Shown here: positions 50,453-57,386 of the stretch, in pieces | How positions within the stretch are numbered: the stretch's first letter is position 1 | Layout of the letters: every line of letters starts with the position of its first letter | Assembly (NCBI GenBank): GCA_002502215.1 | Contig: DAPT01000073.1 | Span: forward strand, 9,555-66,940 | DNA from: Euryarchaeota archaeon UBA124 | GTDB lineage: Archaea; Thermoplasmatota; Poseidoniia; Poseidoniales; Poseidoniaceae | Length of the DNA stretch: 57,386 nt | Direction of reading: 5' to 3' | Program-made: the position numbers and the translations under genes | The notes under the pieces: model-generated | What the model was told of the DNA's origin: nothing | The model's input: the letters and a program-made list of their open reading frames with translations, nothing else | Database searches by the model: none

Positions 50453-50863
50453 TCAAGCAGACTTGACACCTTGAGGCCACAGTACGAGAATCAATGTCTT
50501 CCCACGCGTCTTCGGAGTGTGTGCAGACTCAGGGTCCATCCATACGATTGATCCTGTGGGATAGGTTCCATCCTCATCCCAGACTTCGCCTTCAAGAACG
50601 ACGTAGCATTCGCCGCCAGGATGGCTGTGTGGCATGAACGCATCGACCTCAACTTCAGATTGTGCTTCATACAAGACCAAAGACGTTTTTTCCTCACGCT
50701 TGAGTTTGCCCAAACGTACACCGGTCCCAAAATCCTTCCATGAGATGTTTTCAGCGAGCCAATCCTCGTCAATGTTGAAACTGAGCCAATCGGCCATGTC
50801 GTGGGTGAAGACCATGCACGTCCGAAGGCATCCAATATGATGAGATGTTCGGTTCAAATCCAA
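50453..50863 (-). CDS. Cupin-domain protein (ChrR-like cupin)
   Basis: Cupin core HSHPGGECYVVLEGEVWDEDGTYPTGSIVWMDPESAHTP. The start is uncertain; internal ATGs at 50815 or 50797 would avoid overlap with the upstream cupin gene. Confidence 0.7.
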   Translation of the reverse strand: MDLNRTSHHIGCLRTCMVFTHDMADWLSFNIDEDWLAENISWKDFGTGVRLGKLKREEKTSLVLYEAQSEVEVDAFMPHSHPGGECYVVLEGEVWDEDGTYPTGSIVWMDPESAHTPKTRGKTLILVLWPQGVKSA

Positions 50864-51213
50864 ACATCATTTGATGCTCTCAGTTCGCTCGCAGCATCCC
50901 CTGTGTTGACAACCCCTCGAGGCTCAATGAGCATGATTTTGCATTCCTCTTTGGCGTAAGGACGGTGCTGAACTCCTTTGGGGACGACACTCAATTCGCC
51001 AGTTTTCAATTCCATTGTTTCAGATTCGAATTCAATGAACAAGGTTCCTTCAATGACCAAAAAGAATTCATCCGTATCTGAGTGATTGTGCCATACAAAA
51101 TCACCCTCTACCTTAGCAATCTTGATTTGATAATCGTTCAATTCTGCGATAATTTTTGGTGTCCAGTGTTCTGAAAAAAGAGAAAATTTCTCAGACAGAT
51201 TTACTTTATTCAC
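50854..51213 (-). CDS. Cupin-domain protein (119 aa)
   Basis: Cupin motifs GDFVWHNHSDTDEFFLVIEG and GELSVVPKGVQHRP. Confidence 0.8.
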   Translation of the reverse strand: MNKVNLSEKFSLFSEHWTPKIIAELNDYQIKIAKVEGDFVWHNHSDTDEFFLVIEGTLFIEFESETMELKTGELSVVPKGVQHRPYAKEECKIMLIEPRGVVNTGDAASELRASNDVWI

Positions 51214-51281
51214 AACCTTCCCCTAGGCAACTCCAGTAGGGATGCGCTGATTGGTTTTTCCCGTAGATTACCGTGTATGGG

Positions 51282-51288
51282 TATATAT
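51282..51288 (+). promoter_or_regulatory. Candidate archaeal TATA box (TATATAT) for the 858-aa gene
   Basis: GGGTATATATCTC lies 23-29 nt upstream of ATG 51311. That spacing fits a leaderless or near-leaderless archaeal transcript. Confidence 0.3.
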
Positions 51289-51310
51289 CTCACGATGAAC
51301 ACCCGAGAAT

Positions 51311-53887
51311 ATGAGTCGAAGGGGATTCATCGTTTCCTTGATTCTCATTCTGCTGATTTCAACATGGACGCCAATGGCGGATGAAGTGCTTAACGACCTT
51401 CCAGTCCTTCAGCAATCTGTATCCGACGACGTTAATGGTGCAGAAGATTACACGATTGTCTATCAATTGGATATTCCCGATGATGCGGAGTACAACAATC
51501 AACCAATTCCATACTCAGTTGACTCCAGTTCAAGCATTGATTTCGACTTCGATCGTGTTGCGTATTACCTTGAGCTCGAAAAACCAAATGAGGACCGAAC
51601 ATGGGTCTTTGTCTCGTTTCCTAGTCTTACGACGCATGCCGATAAATTAGGGGTGCCGACCTTCAACTCTGGAACTGTGTACAATCAACTTTTGACAGAC
51701 GTCGAGGTCCAATCGAATCACGAGAATCTATCCTCACTCGGAGTTATTGATACGGGTGTAATCGAATTTTGGGGGACAAATTACGGAACTTCAAACTCCT
51801 TGGGCGTTCCAAATGGAGACGATTCAACTTATGATTTCGCAGATGCACAGTGGAGTTCTGATTCCGCAGGCTATGGAAGTATGCAAATCCACGATTATGA
51901 GTCTGGTCAGACCCTGTTTGCATACAATGCTTGGGGCAGTTCAAATACAGACGAAGTTGGAATAGGGAGCAATCCTGACCTTGATGAGAACCCAGATTGG
52001 ACCTTTGCATCAAATGCAGCAGAATACAATCTCAAAAGTTTGACTGTTTTGGTCCGTTCTGGACCAACGCCATCTGAATTAATGATTACATTGCAATCAC
52101 CTGATAATCATCAAATTGTTCAACGCGATGAGGACAACAACGGTATTTTCTCAGTACGTGGGTCAACGGAGTATACAGCCGATTTGATTGAAGGTAGATA
52201 CATCGATCTTGAAACCGGACTTGAATCTGAATGGGAGTTTGTCGCTGTACCATTGAGTTCAAATTTCTACGGCACGATTGAGGTTCCAACCGGTTGGTAT
52301 CGTCTCGAACTTCGTTTCATGCAGAACAGTAACCCACTTGCGATAAAAACCATTGAACCTGTTGGTGTGGGAGAAGTATTCATCGTTGCAGGTCAATCAA
52401 ATTCTGCGAATTCGGGGGATGCTCCTCTAACGCCAACAGATTCACGAGTGAGCACTTGGGGTCCCAGCGGTTGGCGTTTCGGTTACGACCCACAACCTGC
52501 TGCAACAGGAACCGCTGGGTCTCCTTGGCCGGTTGCTGGAGATCTTCTTGCAAGTCGTTACGATGTACCGATTGGTTTCCTTTCAGTGGGCTACGGGGGT
52601 ACGCCAGTCGATCGATGGGTTCCAAGCCAAAATGACCTGTTTCCTCGAATCACTGACGCCCTCGATGCGGTCGAACCGAGCGGAGCAAGAGCCATTTTGT
52701 GGCATCAAGGAGAAAGCAATGCTGGAGGTACTGCTGCAGAAGATTATGCACGCATGCTTGGAGAGGTTGTGCTTGGAAGTCGAGAACATGCAGATTATGA
52801 GATACCTTGGATTGTGGCTCGTGTAAGTTTTGTTCCGAATGGAGATCCGGTTAAGATGGGATGGATAATTGAGGGTCAAAATGCGGTGATTGCAGATGAT
52901 CCCTTGACGTTTCCAGGCCCGCATACTGATGACCTAAACGGCACGCAATGGCGGTACGATACAATCCATTTCAACGAGGCGGGTTTGAGGGAACACGGTT
53001 CCCGTTGGGACGTTCGAATTTCATCCGCAATGGATGACCTATTTGACCCGATTTCCGATTCGGATTCAGATGGGGTAACCGATGATAAGGATGCATGTCC
53101 AGATACTCCAGATACAACGGAAGTTTACCTCGATGGCTGCAGTGAAGAACAACGTCACCCAGGTAGCACGACCGATGAAGACCAAGATGGAATCATGGAT
53201 GCCGACGACCTCTGTCAACAAACGCCAGTCGGAGAATCCGTCTACACCAACGGTTGCAGCGATAGCCAACTTGATTCCGATGGTGATGGTGTATCCGATG
53301 CCGACGACCTCTGCCCATTCTTTAACGACGCCATCGATCAGGATTTTGATGCAATACCAGATGGTTGCGATGACCTCATCGATCGAGACAATGATGGTGT
53401 TTCGGATACCGATGATCTCTGCAACAACTTTGATGATGCAATCGATGTTGACCTTGATGGGATCCCAGATGGTTGCGATGATTTGATCGATTCGGATGGG
53501 GATGATGTCCCAGACGATGCAGACCGTTGCAACAATTACAACGACTCCATTGATGTGGATTTCGATGGTGTACCAGATGGTTGCGATGAACTGATTGATT
53601 CAGATAATGATGGTACGGCGGATGAATTCGATCGCTGTCCTGAATCCGATGACTCCATTGACTTGGATGCAGATTCGATTCCTGACGGTTGCGATGATTC
53701 CATTGATCTTCGCTCAGAAGAAGAGTTAGAGTCAAATGCATTAGCAAATGAAGGTCTGAGGGCTGCTGCATTGATCTTCGTCCTTGTTTTGGTCGCATTC
53801 CTCCTCATTGCAATGATTCGGAGAGGTAAACCACCAACCGATCAGAAGTACAGTGACTTCTCGGAAAAAGAACACATCAAATTCTAA
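51311..53887 (+). CDS. Membrane-anchored surface protein: unknown N-domain + SASA/DUF303-type carbohydrate acetylesterase domain + thrombospondin-type-3-like Ca-binding Asp repeats
   Basis: Signal peptide MSRRGFIVSLILILLISTWTPMA. Esterase motifs VAGQSNSANSG (from 52391) and ILWHQGESNAG. Six DxDxDGxxDxxDxC units are present. TM helix AALIFVLVLVAFLLIAMI near the C-terminus. Confidence 0.8.
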   Translation: MSRRGFIVSLILILLISTWTPMADEVLNDLPVLQQSVSDDVNGAEDYTIVYQLDIPDDAEYNNQPIPYSVDSSSSIDFDFDRVAYYLELEKPNEDRTWVFVSFPSLTTHADKLGVPTFNSGTVYNQLLTDVEVQSNHENLSSLGVIDTGVIEFWGTNYGTSNSLGVPNGDDSTYDFADAQWSSDSAGYGSMQIHDYESGQTLFAYNAWGSSNTDEVGIGSNPDLDENPDWTFASNAAEYNLKSLTVLVRSGPTPSELMITLQSPDNHQIVQRDEDNNGIFSVRGSTEYTADLIEGRYIDLETGLESEWEFVAVPLSSNFYGTIEVPTGWYRLELRFMQNSNPLAIKTIEPVGVGEVFIVAGQSNSANSGDAPLTPTDSRVSTWGPSGWRFGYDPQPAATGTAGSPWPVAGDLLASRYDVPIGFLSVGYGGTPVDRWVPSQNDLFPRITDALDAVEPSGARAILWHQGESNAGGTAAEDYARMLGEVVLGSREHADYEIPWIVARVSFVPNGDPVKMGWIIEGQNAVIADDPLTFPGPHTDDLNGTQWRYDTIHFNEAGLREHGSRWDVRISSAMDDLFDPISDSDSDGVTDDKDACPDTPDTTEVYLDGCSEEQRHPGSTTDEDQDGIMDADDLCQQTPVGESVYTNGCSDSQLDSDGDGVSDADDLCPFFNDAIDQDFDAIPDGCDDLIDRDNDGVSDTDDLCNNFDDAIDVDLDGIPDGCDDLIDSDGDDVPDDADRCNNYNDSIDVDFDGVPDGCDELIDSDNDGTADEFDRCPESDDSIDLDADSIPDGCDDSIDLRSEEELESNALANEGLRAAALIFVLVLVAFLLIAMIRRGKPPTDQKYSDFSEKEHIKF
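53273..53704 (+). repeat. Four in-frame tandem repeats of 108 nt (36 aa) within the 858-aa gene
   Basis: The 15-mer CCAGATGGTTGCGAT recurs exactly at 53357, 53465 and 53573. The variant CCTGACGGTTGCGAT is at 53681. Unit consensus: D-x-D-x-D-[GD]-x-x-D-x-x-D-x-C-x3-[ND]-D-[AS]-I-D-x-D-x-D-x-[IV]-P-D-G-C-D-x-[LS]-I. Confidence 0.8.
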
Positions 53888-54995
53888 GATTCTCTTTCAA
53901 ACGTTTTTCTTTTGTCAGATTCATATGAAATTGATGCACGCCTTTCTCATGTGTAGGTGAATATCTCCCACGTTGATACAGCTTTGATTGAAGACCACGC
54001 ATGCATCCTTCCACCACAAATTGGTCTTGGAGCTCAACTTTGTCGAGAAGAGATCCAGCACCTTTATCCAAAACTTCAGGGTTTTGGACATAACTCCTGA
54101 ACAACACGGTTGTTGTGTTGACGCTTGTGGGTATGATAATGTTCATTGAAACACCCCATGGATAAATGTTCATCATCAGATTGGGATAAAGCCACCAGTA
54201 GTAGGCAGCAACACGTTTTCCAGCATCAATCGAACCCTCTGGAATTTCAAAGTAAACATCGTCAGCGTCATTCGCCAAGCCGATTTGTAAGACTGCATTG
54301 TCAAAGCATTCCGTAGAATATCCATCACTCGCCAATGCATTGTTTAGTTCTGGATGAACAAATGGAATGTGAAAACCTTCGAGGTAATTATCAACATAAA
54401 GAATCCAATTTGCATCAATGTTCCATTCCCGATCTCTCGAAGGGTCATGCTTTAGGTGTAAATTTTCCAACCACCAACCCATTCGCTGTGTAACTGGCTG
54501 CATCATTGTTTCAATCTCGACTGCATCATTGACGGATGCAAATTCAAAGCCAAACCATTCGCTAAGTCTGAGGCTTGGAAGGTCATCCGATGGAGCAGGA
54601 AAGTTGCCAACATCTGCAAAACCAGGCATGTGTTTTAGGCGACCATCTCGGTGAAACGTTCGTCCATGGTATGGACATTGAATTGACTTACCGTCCCTGC
54701 TCTCCTGACACAGAATCATGCCTCTGTGCGTACACACGTTGGAGAGAAGAAATGTTTTGGATTCATTCATTGTTCGAAGGGTTGGTTGCCCTAGAATCGA
54801 TTCAAGATGTGAAATTGGCGTCATATCGGATGTAAACTCACTCTGATGGCCTGCAAATTGGAGAGAGCGACTCATCTCCTCCATTTGCTTTGAAAAATAC
54901 TTCTCGTCTGTGTAGTATTCAGAAGGAAGGGTTTGCGCGACCCGGATATCTGGATCAATGATGGCTTCCGACATTGGCTCAATGTTCGGTCTCAT
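53877..54995 (-). CDS. Rieske [2Fe-2S] non-heme-iron oxygenase, alpha-subunit type
   Basis: Rieske motif CTHRGMILCQESRDGKSIQCPYHGRTF (C-x-H-x16-C-x2-H). Mononuclear iron motif NYLEGFHIPFVHPEL. The 3' end overlaps the 858-aa gene's 3' end by 11 nt (convergent). Confidence 0.88.
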   Translation of the reverse strand: MRPNIEPMSEAIIDPDIRVAQTLPSEYYTDEKYFSKQMEEMSRSLQFAGHQSEFTSDMTPISHLESILGQPTLRTMNESKTFLLSNVCTHRGMILCQESRDGKSIQCPYHGRTFHRDGRLKHMPGFADVGNFPAPSDDLPSLRLSEWFGFEFASVNDAVEIETMMQPVTQRMGWWLENLHLKHDPSRDREWNIDANWILYVDNYLEGFHIPFVHPELNNALASDGYSTECFDNAVLQIGLANDADDVYFEIPEGSIDAGKRVAAYYWWLYPNLMMNIYPWGVSMNIIIPTSVNTTTVLFRSYVQNPEVLDKGAGSLLDKVELQDQFVVEGCMRGLQSKLYQRGRYSPTHEKGVHQFHMNLTKEKRLKENLRI

Positions 54996-55046
54996 TGTCT
55001 TGAGTGTTTGGGGTGTTTTGAAAACGGGAAAAGTGCTGACTGTACT

Positions 55047-55850
55047 ATGGCGGAACCTCTTGCAATTCCAGAACTTCCGCCAAGCGGTCCATGGGCCGCT
55101 TACGTTCTCGTGATTATTTGGATACCACTAATTCTCAGATTGATGTTCCTTATCATACCGTTCCGAAAGGCAATCAAGAAGTTAGCACCTCACACCGGAT
55201 GGGCTCTCAAGCAACTAAAGACACTGCCTGTGCGGGGATTTGGAATTCTGGCAATGAATGAAATTTTGGCATTCTTAACACCGCCGTTAATTGTTCTTAT
55301 GTTACGATTTTTACTCGATCCAATCGGTTGGCAAACCTGGTCTGAAGTTCCTCTAATCGGTATGCTTCTCCTCACAATTTTAGTCACGTTGTGGGTTGTC
55401 TTTGATTTGATAAGAATCTTAAGAGTGCGGAGAATGTTGATGGCCATTGATCGGTACGATGTAAATAAGCTACGAAAAATAGCAGATGCAGGATTAGGTA
55501 TACGAGGTTGGTTGCGAAAGTTCTCTAAAAGGAAGAAAAATGAGGAAAATCAAGAGTCTACATCGGAGCGAGTTGCAAAAAAATCACTCAAGATTTGGGC
55601 GGGACGTGCTATCATGGCAGGCAGGCTCACCCCCCAAGGGTTACTTGGTTCACTTGCAATAGGGGCAGCAGTTGAAGCAGCGAGGACAGGTGCTGGGAAA
55701 ATCAGTGATCGCATTGATGAAAAAATGCAGGAAGAATTTGATAAGATTGCCAAAGTAAACACAAGAACACTGCTTTCGCTCCTCATTCGAGACCTTGCGA
55801 TGGGGATTCTTCCATTGTTGGCGCTAGGAATACTCCCATTCTTGATTTGA
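55047..55850 (+). CDS. Hypothetical multi-pass membrane protein
   Basis: I trimmed the start to ATG 55047 (MAEPLAIPELPPSGPW...) because the listed 54933 start overlaps the divergent Rieske gene. There are four or five hydrophobic helices, a basic loop RKFSKRKKNEENQ, and no motif I recognise. Confidence 0.5.
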   Translation: MAEPLAIPELPPSGPWAAYVLVIIWIPLILRLMFLIIPFRKAIKKLAPHTGWALKQLKTLPVRGFGILAMNEILAFLTPPLIVLMLRFLLDPIGWQTWSEVPLIGMLLLTILVTLWVVFDLIRILRVRRMLMAIDRYDVNKLRKIADAGLGIRGWLRKFSKRKKNEENQESTSERVAKKSLKIWAGRAIMAGRLTPQGLLGSLAIGAAVEAARTGAGKISDRIDEKMQEEFDKIAKVNTRTLLSLLIRDLAMGILPLLALGILPFLI

Positions 55851-55896
55851 CCCATGGGCACGAATGCTTTATGTTTCGAATTCTCAAGGGCCAAAC

Positions 55897-56439
55897 ATGA
55901 CTCAAATCGTAACAGGCGATACAGCCCCCCAGTTTACCTTACCAGCAATCGATGGCTCGACGTTCAACATGGCAGACATGAAAGGTAAGCGCGTGATATT
56001 GACGTTCTTCAGGTTCTCAACATGCCCATTGTGCAACATGCGGATTAGGAGAATCGTTCAACGATGGAATGAATTTTCCAAAGATGCTGTGATGGTTGCA
56101 GTCTTTGATGCAAAGGTAGGGGAACTCCAGAAACGAATGAAGAAGCACGATGCTCCGTTCGTTGTCGTTGCCGATGAAACCTATGAGCAATTCAACAAGA
56201 ACGGTGTGAAGAAGTCGTTCTTCAAATTCATGTGGGGTGCCTTGCGTTCACCACTTACACTGTTGCAAGCGACACTCAGAGGATATGTTCCTCTTACCTT
56301 GTCAATATCAAAACTATCAACAATCCCAGTTGATATTCTGATCGATGAGGAAGGCAAAGTCGTTGAGGCACATTATTGCAAGGACACAGCCGATCATCTT
56401 TCTCTTGATAGAATGATTGCATTCTCAAATGGAGCTTAA
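55897..56439 (+). CDS. AhpC/TSA-redoxin family thioredoxin-fold protein
   Basis: GDTAPQFTLPAIDGSTFNMADMKGKRVILTFFRFSTCPLCNMR carries a CxxC in the redoxin position. The start is set at ATG 55897. Confidence 0.8.
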   Translation: MTQIVTGDTAPQFTLPAIDGSTFNMADMKGKRVILTFFRFSTCPLCNMRIRRIVQRWNEFSKDAVMVAVFDAKVGELQKRMKKHDAPFVVVADETYEQFNKNGVKKSFFKFMWGALRSPLTLLQATLRGYVPLTLSISKLSTIPVDILIDEEGKVVEAHYCKDTADHLSLDRMIAFSNGA

Positions 56440-56474
56440 GGCGTTCATTCTCTCTACAACGTTGGGTTCAAACA

Positions 56475-57386
56475 TCAGGACCATCGGTTGTTCCATATGC
56501 TTGCATCAATAAACAAGTCATAGAATGAATCAAGGCTGTGTTCTATCGGTTTTGAATAACCTCCTCCCATGAAGATGACCGTCGGAATTCTGTTTTGTAG
56601 CATCTTCTCAAACACATACTGATTCCGTTCTTGCATGCCTTCTCTTGTAACACAGAGTTTCCCCAAATGATCCTGTTCCAGTCCATCAACCCCCGCTTGA
56701 TACAGTACGAGTTCTGGTTGAAAATCAACACACTGTTCGACTGCCTCTCGAACTTTTTCCATAAACAATTCGTCACCAGCTTTTGGTTCTACAGGTAAAT
56801 CAAAATCGCTTATAGATTTTCGAAAGGGAAAGTTCGTTGAACAATGGACGGAGATTGTACGCGTACGCGCTTCATTCGACAGAATTGTTGCTGTTCCATC
56901 CCCTTGATGCACATCAAGGTCGAGAATTGCTACTCGTTTTATCCCCAATTTCTCGATTGCATACATTGCACTGATTGCGAGATCGTTGAAAATGCAATAT
57001 CCGGAACCAAAATCTCGATGCGCATGATGGGTTCCACCTGCCATATTTCCTGTGATTCCGCCGTACTCAACCGCATGAATGGTTGCTTCGAGCGCACCAC
57101 CTGTCAAACAAAGTGTTCGATCAATCATTTTCGGAGTCCATGGAGTAAGGCCAATCCTTCGCATCTCTTTCTCGCTCAATTTTTGTTCAAGAAATTCGTC
57201 GACGTATGTTGAGTCATGAGCGAGGAGAAGAGAATCTTTCGAGATTTGACGAGGTTCTCGAATTGCAAACATGTGAAACTGCTCTGAATCCTTTAGCCTG
57301 TTGAGAAGAATTTGATACCGCTCCCTCGGGAAGCGAGCCTCTACATGAATTCCATCAGTGTACAATGGATGATACCAAAGATTGAA
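56475..57386 (-). CDS. Histone deacetylase-family (class II/acetoin-utilisation-like) deacetylase, N-terminus cut by window edge
   Basis: Motifs GGTHHAHRDFGSGYCIFNDLAI, LDLDVHQGDGT and FMGGGY. The minus-strand frame stays open from the listed TTG (57365) to the window end (FNLWYHPLYTDG...), so the true start lies outside the window. Confidence 0.9.
   Translation of the reverse strand, partial: FNLWYHPLYTDGIHVEARFPRERYQILLNRLKDSEQFHMFAIREPRQISKDSLLLAHDSTYVDEFLEQKLSEKEMRRIGLTPWTPKMIDRTLCLTGGALEATIHAVEYGGITGNMAGGTHHAHRDFGSGYCIFNDLAISAMYAIEKLGIKRVAILDLDVHQGDGTATILSNEARTRTISVHCSTNFPFRKSISDFDLPVEPKAGDELFMEKVREAVEQCVDFQPELVLYQAGVDGLEQDHLGKLCVTREGMQERNQYVFEKMLQNRIPTVIFMGGGYSKPIEHSLDSFYDLFIDASIWNNRWS

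Noticed and set aside
53082-53808. Several ORFs of 65-140 aa (53082-53486 +, 53338-53535 -, 53376-53798 -, 53536-53808 -).
   Set aside because: All lie within the Asp-rich tandem-repeat region of the 858-aa gene. Their periodic low-complexity translations simply mirror the 108-nt repeat in other frames.
1-57386. Search by eye for rRNA, tRNA, CRISPR arrays, transposases or integrases, and prophage genes.
   Set aside because: I saw no direct-repeat/spacer arrays, no cloverleaf-like GC-rich 70-90-nt islands in the intergenic gaps (all gaps are short or AT-rich), and no DDE or tyrosine-recombinase motifs in any ORF. tRNAscan/Infernal would be needed to be certain.

Overview
Archaeal chromosomal segment. 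The evidence is aIF1A, Rio1 kinase, a Dim2-like KH protein, Taw1/TYW1, archaeal-type uS2, and an 11-subunit nuoABCDHIJKLMN operon that lacks nuoEFG and has a split nuoJ. The gene content includes giant CARDB/Ig-repeat surface proteins, a 1,490-aa S8 protease, beta-oxidation, glycan-active lipoproteins and very acidic protein tails. By inference only, this fits an uncultured marine planktonic euryarchaeon (MGII/Poseidoniales-like). Layout: 1-9.9 kb is a same-strand cluster of huge extracellular proteins. 10.4-22.1 kb is the nuo operon, with lineage-specific insertions in NuoH, NuoI and NuoL. 22.2-24.6 kb holds aIF1A, Rio1 and KH. 24.6-29.4 kb holds two divergent surface proteins. 30-43 kb is mixed housekeeping and accessory genes: a transmembrane-interrupted Cas4-like nuclease, uS2, an operon of three wHTH regulators plus dus, a FadB-like fusion, taw1, two tandem micro-ORFs, a BNR lipoprotein, an AlkB-like hydroxylase and gmd. 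43.2-50.4 kb is a tightly coupled nine-gene cluster: ATPase, a 1,206-aa double-FtsX permease with an internal pentapeptide-repeat segment, an ATPase with a Zn ribbon, a DUF3817 protein, and four tandem paralogous small membrane proteins. 50.4-57.4 kb holds cupins, a SASA-esterase/TSP3-repeat surface protein, a Rieske oxygenase, a redoxin and an HDAC-family enzyme. I saw no rRNA, tRNA, CRISPR array or obvious transposase. The best candidates for undescribed biology are the membrane-integrated Cas4-family nuclease (30060-31250) and the ABC/pentapeptide/tandem-paralog cluster (43166-50409). All homology calls come from motifs read by eye. No database search was run.
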